A stretch of DNA of 64,000 nucleotides from a virus. Below are positions 19,235 through 27,465 of this stretch, one piece after another (positions within the stretch are counted from its first letter, which is position 1; each line of letters opens with the position of its first letter). The position numbers and the translations under genes were made by a program. The notes under the pieces are model-generated. The model was not told where the DNA came from. It did no database searches and was given only the letters and a program-made list of their open reading frames with translations. The DNA lies in IMG/VR virus record IMGVR_UViG_3300049845_000008, positions 9,811 to 73,810 of that record. The stretch is one strand, 5' to 3'.

Positions 19235-19884
19235 GCAAACTTGATGCCCCTACTCTCAAGGAATCGGTAGTCTTCCTCAAGGTAGTCCCGAATCTCAGCC
19301 TCTTCGTGCGGGGCGAGCGCATCCCGATCCGGCAGGGTGATGGAATCGTTGATTTTGGGAATCGGCATGGGATTATCCACCCCGAGTTGAGTCAGAATCT
19401 TCGAAACCTCGTTTTGGTAGTCTTCGAAGTTCAACGGAATGACGGGACCGGAGAGCCATGGCTTGTGGGTTTTGCCATAGGGACCGCGCTCCATATGCAT
19501 CTTAAGCTTGCGAAACACTTCGATCATGGGAATACAGTCACACATTTGCCTCATTTCGTGCTTCTCCCATTCCCAATAGTTCTCCTGAGAGGTATAGGAT
19601 GCAGGTAAATAGCTACCATAGAATGCACGAAAGAACTTGGCGTGGTGTCGTCCGCGCCGCAGATAGTTCATGATGGAGATACACCGGTCAAGCGGATTCC
19701 GATAGAATGCGTAACATGTGTACTCATTCAAATTAGGGTATTCTTTCATTTCCTCGTATCTGGTATGAGCCTCGTCACACACGGCTAGTGGAATACCCAA
19801 ACCGGCAACCGCCGTTCGAAGTGCCTTGCTTCCGGTCCTAGGTGTGAAGAAAACCATGACCTTTCTTTCAGTGGAAAGTATCAT
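19231..19884 (-). CDS. Sulfotransferase-like protein (Sulfotransfer_2 type), paralogue 1
   Basis: 5'-PSB loop TPRTGSKAL, 3'-PB FYRNPLDRCIS, C-terminal EIRDYLEEDYRF. Confidence 0.8.
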   Translation of the reverse strand: MILSTERKVMVFFTPRTGSKALRTAVAGLGIPLAVCDEAHTRYEEMKEYPNLNEYTCYAFYRNPLDRCISIMNYLRRGRHHAKFFRAFYGSYLPASYTSQENYWEWEKHEMRQMCDCIPMIEVFRKLKMHMERGPYGKTHKPWLSGPVIPLNFEDYQNEVSKILTQLGVDNPMPIPKINDSITLPDRDALAPHEEAEIRDYLEEDYRFLESRGIKFA

Positions 19885-20180
19885 TGCCCATCTTTCAACT
19901 TGCGTTCTTCGTCTGTCAGAGGAATGGTTTCCATCAGATCAGCCGCGATTTCATACTTGTTGCCCTTGTAGCCGTGGCGAATGGATTCCCACAGGTACGA
20001 GAGGTAGAACTTGAACCAACCCTCTTCTTCGACCTGATAGATATGTTCTAGCTCATGGCGGAATAGGCGATCCGTGACTTCCTCTCGCGTGCGCTTGAAG
20101 AAGATGAATGGGTAGATGGTGATGCCGCCGATCCACGTTTTGCGGAGCGGAAGAAAGTGATAGACGATTCTGATTTTCAT
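19881..20180 (-). CDS. Small zincin-like metallopeptidase (HEXXH)
   Basis: GITIYPFIF...RHELEHIYQ...Y.GNKYEIAA (HExxH plus downstream Glu). Confidence 0.7.
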   Translation of the reverse strand: MKIRIVYHFLPLRKTWIGGITIYPFIFFKRTREEVTDRLFRHELEHIYQVEEEGWFKFYLSYLWESIRHGYKGNKYEIAADLMETIPLTDEERKLKDGQ

Positions 20181-20184
20181 TTTG

Positions 20185-20742
20185 TTATACCTTGAAGGTG
20201 ATGCCTCTTGATTCGAAAAACTCGTAGTCCTGCTTGTAGAATTCCTTTATGTACGTCACTTCTTCGGGAGTCAGGTCATTGACCGTTCTCCTGTTGTCAC
20301 TGGCATTCAGCCTAGGAATGTGAATGTTGTCTGGTATGCCAACGATGCGCAACACCTTTCTCATTTCGTTTTCGAAGTCGGCGTAGTCTAGCAGGTTGAC
20401 CTTCACCTCCTCCGGATTGAGCCACCGCACCTGCGGCACAAAGTAACCATACTTAGAAACATACTCCATGACGTTGCTGACTGGAACCATGTGTGAATAC
20501 TTCCTGTAGTTGAATGCCATGAAGGACAGAAACTTCTCCACCGGTTCCCGATAGAACGCATAGACCTGATATTCATCAACATTTGGAATATCGAGTTGTT
20601 TGATGCTAGGGTGATTGGTCTGATTCTCTGTATAGATCTTATCGATTTTACCATGATCCAGTAGAATCTGTCGCAATGTATGCGTACCCGTCTTGTGTGG
20701 GTAGAGGATAATGACTTTCTTTTTGGTGTCTACGTATGCCAT
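20185..20742 (-). CDS. Sulfotransferase-like protein, paralogue 2
   Basis: PHKTGTHTL, FYREPVEKFLS, PQVRWL, IKEFYKQDYEFF. Confidence 0.8.
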   Translation of the reverse strand: MAYVDTKKKVIILYPHKTGTHTLRQILLDHGKIDKIYTENQTNHPSIKQLDIPNVDEYQVYAFYREPVEKFLSFMAFNYRKYSHMVPVSNVMEYVSKYGYFVPQVRWLNPEEVKVNLLDYADFENEMRKVLRIVGIPDNIHIPRLNASDNRRTVNDLTPEEVTYIKEFYKQDYEFFESRGITFKV

Positions 20743-21182
20743 TATTTTTCTGCCGTAGCTGACATGGTATGAGTACCAGTTGCAATAAGAACACTGTTTG
20801 AGGTGTACCGAATTTCGACAGTGAGTGTTGCATCAAGAGTACCTGCGTTCTGTTGGTCGATTGAATAGCTTCTATCAGTTGCCATACCGATCCATGTGTT
20901 GTTTGCCCACCCTGCTGAGAATGTTGGAACTGTCGTTCCAGAAGTAAACGTGGCTCTCAACTGATAATCAGCCGAAGCACCCGCCAATCTCCACGCATAG
21001 GAAGAGGCTCCCGTGGTACCAAATACTTGACATGTTCCGTTTGCCCAATGCCAAATAGAAGCATTGGACGAATCTAAACCAGAATCAGCCACAGTCTTGT
21101 TCTGAACCTGCGCGTCAAGCACAGGCGGTGCAGCCGCCGCTTGCGCGTTGCCATAGGATAGGAGAATGTTGCGAATGCTCAT
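20742..21182 (-). CDS. Small beta-rich putative virion/fibre-tip protein
   Basis: Thr/Ser/Gly/Trp-rich; shares a YQ.RA...NTW...L.IR domain with 22171..23004 and 36074..37297. Confidence 0.55.
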   Translation of the reverse strand: MSIRNILLSYGNAQAAAAPPVLDAQVQNKTVADSGLDSSNASIWHWANGTCQVFGTTGASSYAWRLAGASADYQLRATFTSGTTVPTFSAGWANNTWIGMATDRSYSIDQQNAGTLDATLTVEIRYTSNSVLIATGTHTMSATAEK

Positions 21183-21850
21183 GGGAAGGTTATTCCCTTG
21201 GATGTGAAGAAGTCATAGTCATCCTGATAGAACGCACGAATCTCAGCCGCGTCTTCTGGTGAGAGAATATCGATATCGGGACGCTTCGGTTGTTCGTTCT
21301 CGTTGGGAAGAACCCTGTCAGGATTTGCTCCGAACGCAGTCAGTAGTCTTCTCATTTCCGCGTCGTGATCGTGGAAGTTAAGAAGGATTAGATTGATGGA
21401 CGGCTGATTTAGCCAGTTCACTTGCTTCGACCACGCCGCCAATCGCCCACTGTTGATTCGATCCTGCATTGCTCGCCAGACCTGAATCGGAGTGATGGTG
21501 TCGTTTGCAGCCTGCAATTCAGGAGAAAGATCCTCATAGAACTTTCGATTGAGGCATGAAATTCTTGCGCCGTTTCCCAAGACTCTGTGCATGATTTCAG
21601 CACACCACCGACGCTTCATGAACATCAGCATGGAGAGCGCACGATCTAATGGTTCCCGATAGAACGCATAGAAGGTGAACGCACCCAACTGTGATTGCAT
21701 CTGAGGAAACTGAACGAGCATTCCGTCCAGATTGATGTGATCGTGTGAGACATGCGTAAGCGATGCATCCCTGAACACTTCGTAGAGGGAATGTGTGGCT
21801 GTCTTTGGCGGCATGAATACCGCTAGTTTTCGGGTGTTATCAATGATCAT
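21179..21850 (-). CDS. Sulfotransferase-like protein, paralogue 3
   Basis: PPKTATHSL, FYREPLDRALS, KQVNWL, EIRAFYQDDYDFF. Confidence 0.8.
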   Translation of the reverse strand: MIIDNTRKLAVFMPPKTATHSLYEVFRDASLTHVSHDHINLDGMLVQFPQMQSQLGAFTFYAFYREPLDRALSMLMFMKRRWCAEIMHRVLGNGARISCLNRKFYEDLSPELQAANDTITPIQVWRAMQDRINSGRLAAWSKQVNWLNQPSINLILLNFHDHDAEMRRLLTAFGANPDRVLPNENEQPKRPDIDILSPEDAAEIRAFYQDDYDFFTSKGITFP

Positions 21851-22161
21851 TCTGTGTACGTCCCGTTGTAGATGCTCAGAATAACATCCACGTTATGATC
21901 CTGCATGGCAAGCACATCTGAGTTATTCTCAACCCAACTATCCAACACCAGATCCCGAACGTCGGCGGATGGAATGAAAGTCTGTGGTGTGGGAGGAGGA
22001 AGATCAACCCAATGTGCGCTGCGATACATCTGCCCTGTTTCCAGATCAGTTGTGAGAAGGAACACTCGCAGTCTGGTGTAGACAGTATCGTTGAAGGTTG
22101 CGTCGAAATAGGATTCAGCGTCTTCTAATGGTATGTAGACCTTATGCTTATACGATGCCAT
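21847..22161 (-). CDS. Hypothetical protein (possibly fibre-associated)
   Basis: 104-aa ORF with stop overlapping the next start; acidic; VDLPPPTPQTFIP...SWV. Confidence 0.55.
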   Translation of the reverse strand: MASYKHKVYIPLEDAESYFDATFNDTVYTRLRVFLLTTDLETGQMYRSAHWVDLPPPTPQTFIPSADVRDLVLDSWVENNSDVLAMQDHNVDVILSIYNGTYTE

Positions 22162-22170
22162 GATGTAATC

Positions 22171-23004
22171 TCACTTAAAGTTGTGGCTCAATACGCCTTC
22201 CATGAAGTATGTATGCGCGTCTTCGACTTCGAAGCTTACCACTTCACCGGCACCTACGTAGTCGATTGCGGTGATGGTACTCTTTCCGAGTCTCATGCCG
22301 ACGTTCAGCTTACAGGCGCGTATCAGAGTGTCACCGTCTTCCAGATAGAAACGATGCAAGTCCGAACAGATAATTTCCTTGCCATCATCGAATCTGATGC
22401 GAAACTTGATGGCTTGCTGTATCTTGATGTTGGTGATTGGATAGGAACCCAATTCTTTTGTCGTTTCGTGAACCGCAAGCACTTTCATTCCGACCTTTAG
22501 TTCACCCGCACGGATAGTGGATCCATTCGCAAGCGTGATGCGCATACTTGGATCCGGACAACCCAAATACTCATACTCTGCCGAACATTCACAATAGACG
22601 TTGGATATTAGTTTTAGAGAATTCTTTTCTCGCAATTGCAACCAAAACCGTATGTTGACTGCGGTAGTGGTTGTATAGATTCCCCACCACGGATCTGCAC
22701 CACAATCAATCCACGTATTTGCGGATGAACCCACAAGAGTTCCTCCCGATTGAGAGAAAAATCTTGCGTTGGCTTGATAGTTGTTTGCGCCGCCACCCTG
22801 CAACCAAATCATCTTCGGAAGTGTAGTGGTGAGTGTATTGGCTGTATAGAACGTGCCATTGCCCGTGATTGTATGTCCTCCACTATTCCATATCTTAATG
22901 TCAGCCTGAGTTCTCGGTCCCGGTGTCACAGCACCCGAATTATAGTTTCGCGATATGAAAGTCCCGAATCTAGACCACTGTTGCGTGCCACGCGCCACCG
23001 TCAT
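22171..23004 (-). CDS. Putative virion protein with C-terminal Hint (intein-like) autoprocessing domain
   Basis: G|[22 protein letters not shown] (block A), CSDLH (block B), [23 protein letters not shown] (blocks F/G). Confidence 0.85.
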   Translation of the reverse strand: MTVARGTQQWSRFGTFISRNYNSGAVTPGPRTQADIKIWNSGGHTITGNGTFYTANTLTTTLPKMIWLQGGGANNYQANARFFSQSGGTLVGSSANTWIDCGADPWWGIYTTTTAVNIRFWLQLREKNSLKLISNVYCECSAEYEYLGCPDPSMRITLANGSTIRAGELKVGMKVLAVHETTKELGSYPITNIKIQQAIKFRIRFDDGKEIICSDLHRFYLEDGDTLIRACKLNVGMRLGKSTITAIDYVGAGEVVSFEVEDAHTYFMEGVLSHNFK

Positions 23005-26000
23005 GTGATATCTCCTGAAACAATCGCTTCACCCGTGGTGGTGTAGAAGATGGAGGCTACGGAATACCTTGCGGCAAGGTTCGATGTGATGTATCCTGCG
23101 GAGTTCAACTTCGCTACGCCCGTCGTGTTGGCAATGGTGACGTTGCCTGTGTTGGTTCTGATGATGGTGATACCGAAGCCTGCGTTGGTTGCAGCCGCGA
23201 GCGTGATCGTCATGGCTGTTGTCGAGTTGCAGAGCAGAACCTTACCTGCATGGTTATCGCTAACCGTTCGTGACGATGTTACCTGAATCATCGGCATGTC
23301 CGAGACATTGCTCGTCATTCTCACATTGCCGCTGAACAATACGTCCGAAGAAACCGTCGTGCCGAAGGACGTACCCTGAGTACCCTGTCTTCCCTGTACA
23401 CCCTGAATACCCTGCGCACCGGTAGCACCTTGCGATCCACCACCGCCACCGGTAGACTCAATGCTTCCTAGGAGATAGATGGCATTGGTTGCGGCGTAGA
23501 CGATGGTGACGGCTGAGTTCTGCGAAGCGATGTTCGAAGTGGTGAACGTCGTGCTGTTCGACTTGAGCGCAAGGTTAGCAATCGTGACATTGCCTGTTCC
23601 CTTACGAACCACCGTGACTGCAAAGCCAGAAGTAGACGAGTTAGCGAACGTGATCGTCGTCGCGGATCCGGAGTTGACTTCGACAATCTTACCTGCGGCA
23701 TTCTCAGCATAGTGCGTAGAAACGGCTGTAGTAATGATGGGTGTGTCAAACACCTGATCAGTGAACACCACGTTTGCGTTGAACGTAACGTCCGTGGCAA
23801 CTGTCGTGCCGAACGAAGTACCCTGAATACCTTGAAGCCCTGTTGCGCCCTGAGAGCCAGTACCGGTAGCACCTTGAGTGCCTGTACCTGTCGTTCCCTG
23901 CCGACCTTGAAGCCCCTGAATGCCTTGCAATCCGGTGGTGCCTTGTGCACCCGTAGCACCTTGAGTTCCTGTTCCGGTTGTGCCTTGCGATCCAGTTGCG
24001 CCTTGAGTACCGGTCAGTCCTTGTAGACCGGTCGTGCCTTGTGATCCACTTCCAGTGAGTCCTTGAAGACCCGTTGCACCTTGCGTGCCTGTTCCTGTGG
24101 TACCTTGAGTTCCAGTCAGTCCTTGTAGACCAGTGGTTCCCTGTGCGCCTGTTGCGCCTTGTGTTCCTGTGCCAGTTGCACCTTGCGTGCCGGTGCCAGT
24201 GGTTCCTTGCAGACCCGTAAGCCCTTGCAGACCAGTGGTTCCCTGCCGTCCTTGAATACCTTGCAATCCGGTCGTACCCTGAGAACCTGTAGTTCCCTGA
24301 ATGCCAGTTGTACCTTGAGAACCCGTAGTTCCCTGAATGCCAGTTGTACCTTGTGCGCCGTTCGTCCCTTGCAGTCCAGTCGTACCCTGCGCACCCTTCC
24401 GCGCAACAGCAAGCTTGATCTTGAAGTTGCTAGAGAATGAGGTTGTCGTTCCGTTGTTGATGAGTGAAAGCCCGAATTCATAGTAGCCCGTCTTATTGGT
24501 TTTAGACGTAACAGTATACGAGAAGAACTTGGACGCATCACCCGGATCTTGTAGAAGAAAAATGTCGCCTACATTCGTGTAGTTGAGGAACAAGCTTACG
24601 TCAACAGCACTATCGTTGAGAATGTCGATCCACATCAACGTTGCGAGTGTGAGGTTTGCGTTGTTCAGCTTCAACTTGCCCGAACCCGGATCAGAGTCCG
24701 TGGTGCCGGTGTCGAATCGATAGTCCGTTGCTAGCGCAGAAACACCTTCGTTGCCAGTGATGCCCTGAGTTCCTTGCGAACCTGTGGTTCCCTGCAATCC
24801 AGTCAAACCCTGTAGCCCTGTGGTTCCTTGTGAACCTGTGGTGCCTTGCGATCCAGTCAAACCCTGTAGTCCAGTCGTACCCTGCGAACCCGTCGTTCCT
24901 TGGCGACCTTGAATACCTTGCAGACCAGTAAAACCTTGAAGTCCCGTCGTGCCTTGTGCGCCTGTGGTTCCCTGTGCGCCAGTCGAACCTTGAATGCCTG
25001 TAGCACCCTGAGTTCCAGTCGCGCCTTGAGAACCTGTAATGCCCTGTAGTCCCGTTGCGCCCTGAGTTCCTGCACCGGTCGCACCTTGAGTACCGGTTCC
25101 AGTGAGTCCCTGTAGACCAGTCGTTCCCTGTGAACCCGTCGTTCCCTGTGAACCCGTTGTGCCTTGAAGACCCGTTAGTCCTTGCAGCCCTGTGGTGCCT
25201 TGTGCACCCGTGGTGCCTTGTGAACCGGTCGAACCCTGAATGCCTGTGAGTCCCTGTAGTCCGGTTGTTCCCTGTGCGCCAGTGGTGCCTTGTGATCCGG
25301 TGGACCCTTGAATGCCAGTTGCACCTTGAGTACCTGTCGTACCCTGAATCGATGTACCCTGAACACCCTGAATACCTTGTGCGCCTGTTGCACCGGCTGC
25401 GCCGCCGAGATTAACATCCCAATTGGTAAACGTGCCAGAGCCACCCGTGGTTGCAATGGATGCCACCATGGTTCCGTTTGCGACGTAGTAGGAACTGACG
25501 GACCCTTCCATCTTGTTGACAGCCGTGTTTGCGATAACAACAGACTGTCCTGTGGAGTATGCAAGTCCGGTTGCAATGGTAAGTTGCTTAGTTCCGGTGC
25601 CAATTGTCAATGAGGTTGTAGACGTTGTGGCATACTTGTCACCGGCATTGCCCGTCGTGCCTTGAACACCCTGAATTCCCTGTGCACCGATTGTTCCTTG
25701 TGCACCGGTGAATCCCTGAATGCCAGTAGCCCCTTGTGAGCCAGTCGTACCTTGAACACCCTGAATGCCTTGTGCGCCGGTCGTACCCTGAGTTCCGGTA
25801 AGTCCTTGAAGTCCGGTCGTTCCCTGCCGTCCTTGAATACCTTGCAAACCAGTGATGCCCTGTGCACCGGTCGAACCTTGTGTGCCTGTGAATCCTTGAA
25901 TTCCTGTTGCGCCTTGAGAACCAGTCGTGCCTTGTGCGCCAGTGGTTCCCTGAGAACCTGTCGAACCCTGTAGACCAGTGGTTCCCTGCCGACCTTGAAT

Positions 26001-26654
26001 GCCTTGGCTTCCGGTCGCACCTTGGCTTCCGGTCGCACCTTGGCTTCCGGTCGCGCCTTGCAACCCTGTCGTTCCCTGTGCACCCGTCGAACCCTGAATG
26101 CCCGTAGCGCCTTGAGTTCCGGTTGCGCCTTGTGCACCAGTAATACCCTGATTAGAGATACCCTGAATACCTTGAATGCCGGTGAAGCCTTGAATGCCAG
26201 TGGCACCCTGAACACCCGCGCCGGTCAGACCTTGTGTGCCTTGCAGTCCGGTCGATCCCTGAGTACCTGTCGCGCCCTGAGAACCTGTGATGCCTTGAAT
26301 GCCCTGTGCGCCGGTTGATCCCTGAGTTCCAAGTGCGCCTTGCGTACCGGTGGCACCCTGAGTGCCTGTTGTTCCTTGCGGTCCTGCGACGGTACCGGCA
26401 ATGATCATGGAAACGTTGGCGTTGCCGGTCGGTCCCTGCGTCACGGATACGAGAATGTCGCTTGTGTTTACAAAGTTGATTCCGTTGGCATTGATGGTGG
26501 ATGCAGAGTTGGCTGAGACAAGAACTTCGGAGATTCCTCCACCACCGCCGAGTCCACCGCCTGCTTTCCAAGAATAGCCATCCCACTCCCAAGATGTACC
26601 ATCATTGGAAGTGAAGATCGTACCGATGATGGGATTGGAAGGAAAGTCTGCCAT
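23001..26654 (-). CDS. Collagen-like fibre protein 1 (GxQGxT repeats interrupted by globular domains)
   Basis: Hundreds of Gly-X-Y triplets; N-terminal FPSNP..G....WEWDG..W; tandem duplicated C-terminal domain. Confidence 0.85.
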   Translation of the reverse strand: MADFPSNPIIGTIFTSNDGTSWEWDGYSWKAGGGLGGGGGISEVLVSANSASTINANGINFVNTSDILVSVTQGPTGNANVSMIIAGTVAGPQGTTGTQGATGTQGALGTQGSTGAQGIQGITGSQGATGTQGSTGLQGTQGLTGAGVQGATGIQGFTGIQGIQGISNQGITGAQGATGTQGATGIQGSTGAQGTTGLQGATGSQGATGSQGATGSQGIQGRQGTTGLQGSTGSQGTTGAQGTTGSQGATGIQGFTGTQGSTGAQGITGLQGIQGRQGTTGLQGLTGTQGTTGAQGIQGVQGTTGSQGATGIQGFTGAQGTIGAQGIQGVQGTTGNAGDKYATTSTTSLTIGTGTKQLTIATGLAYSTGQSVVIANTAVNKMEGSVSSYYVANGTMVASIATTGGSGTFTNWDVNLGGAAGATGAQGIQGVQGTSIQGTTGTQGATGIQGSTGSQGTTGAQGTTGLQGLTGIQGSTGSQGTTGAQGTTGLQGLTGLQGTTGSQGTTGSQGTTGLQGLTGTGTQGATGAGTQGATGLQGITGSQGATGTQGATGIQGSTGAQGTTGAQGTTGLQGFTGLQGIQGRQGTTGSQGTTGLQGLTGSQGTTGSQGTTGLQGLTGLQGTTGSQGTQGITGNEGVSALATDYRFDTGTTDSDPGSGKLKLNNANLTLATLMWIDILNDSAVDVSLFLNYTNVGDIFLLQDPGDASKFFSYTVTSKTNKTGYYEFGLSLINNGTTTSFSSNFKIKLAVARKGAQGTTGLQGTNGAQGTTGIQGTTGSQGTTGIQGTTGSQGTTGLQGIQGRQGTTGLQGLTGLQGTTGTGTQGATGTGTQGATGAQGTTGLQGLTGTQGTTGTGTQGATGLQGLTGSGSQGTTGLQGLTGTQGATGSQGTTGTGTQGATGAQGTTGLQGIQGLQGRQGTTGTGTQGATGTGSQGATGLQGIQGTSFGTTVATDVTFNANVVFTDQVFDTPIITTAVSTHYAENAAGKIVEVNSGSATTITFANSSTSGFAVTVVRKGTGNVTIANLALKSNSTTFTTSNIASQNSAVTIVYAATNAIYLLGSIESTGGGGGSQGATGAQGIQGVQGRQGTQGTSFGTTVSSDVLFSGNVRMTSNVSDMPMIQVTSSRTVSDNHAGKVLLCNSTTAMTITLAAATNAGFGITIIRTNTGNVTIANTTGVAKLNSAGYITSNLAARYSVASIFYTTTGEAIVSGDIT
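26002..26055. repeat. Three tandem 18-bp units (ccttggcttccggtcgca) within the collagen gene
   Basis: Near-identical DNA copies of one hexapeptide unit. Confidence 0.8.
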
Positions 26655-26688
26655 GAATGTACTCTAAGGTGGAAAGAGCTATGCCACC

Positions 26689-26695
26689 TATTTAG
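26689..26695 (-). promoter_or_regulatory. Late promoter CTAAATA heading the collagen fibre-Hint-sulfotransferase unit
   Basis: Intergenic, 34 nt upstream of the 26654 start. Confidence 0.7.
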
Positions 26696-26701
26696 CCGCT
26701 G

Positions 26702-27454
26702 TCAGATGACGACAACTTGGGATCTAGGTCTAATCACTGCGTCTGCGGTTCCAATCAGTGCGCCTGTCCAAGCTGCCATGACGTTTGCGGCTGCGACGTT
26801 GACGCGAAGATTTCCCGTCTGTCCCGCAGAAGGTTTACGGAAAGTAAGTAGCGCAATGGCACCACCACCACCCGAAGTTGTACCCAAATCATGCTGTTTT
26901 GTCAAGTTTGTTTCATCACCCGAAGGGGAGTTAATGAAAAGTTGTCCTGCGGCATTGATAATGGCTGCGGCTGAGTCGCGTGCGTGAGTGACGTAATTCA
27001 GAACGAGTGTGTTGGCTACTGTGGTTGTGACATTTCGGAATGTTACCTGTGCCGAGGCAGTGCTGACCACAACGTTGACACCGGCTGCTGTTCCAGTATC
27101 CCACGGACTACCCGATGTTGGCACATTGTAAAATGCTGACATAACTGCCATCGTATGATCACCAAAGTCAGTGATGGATACAGCCGTCTGAGATTGTGAT
27201 GTGGCACGTTGCCACCATACGTCAACTTTTGTAGCCTGTGCACCGCCTAGTGTACCGACCGTGACGTTAGAGTTTGCAACACGCGCCCAACCATTGTTCG
27301 TCAGGTTGGTGTGGGCTTGTGCGTTGGACTGGTTTGCACCTTCCAAAGCAAGAACTAGAATGTCGTTGACCTGATAGCCGGTCGGAAAAGTAAGTGTAAT
27401 CGAACCTGTACCCGAAACATAGGAAGAGTTAGCGCGAAAGGTTGGAGCAGGCAT
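26702..27454 (-). CDS. Putative minor virion structural protein
   Basis: T/S/G/A-rich beta composition; LTFPTGYQVNDILVL motif typical of phage minor tail proteins. Confidence 0.6.
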   Translation of the reverse strand: MPAPTFRANSSYVSGTGSITLTFPTGYQVNDILVLALEGANQSNAQAHTNLTNNGWARVANSNVTVGTLGGAQATKVDVWWQRATSQSQTAVSITDFGDHTMAVMSAFYNVPTSGSPWDTGTAAGVNVVVSTASAQVTFRNVTTTVANTLVLNYVTHARDSAAAIINAAGQLFINSPSGDETNLTKQHDLGTTSGGGGAIALLTFRKPSAGQTGNLRVNVAAANVMAAWTGALIGTADAVIRPRSQVVVI

Positions 27455-27465
27455 TTCAAATCACC

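Noticed and set aside
22171-22560. Canonical splicing intein
   Set aside because: The +1 residue is Phe and only two residues follow; treated as a cleavage/ligation Hint domain instead
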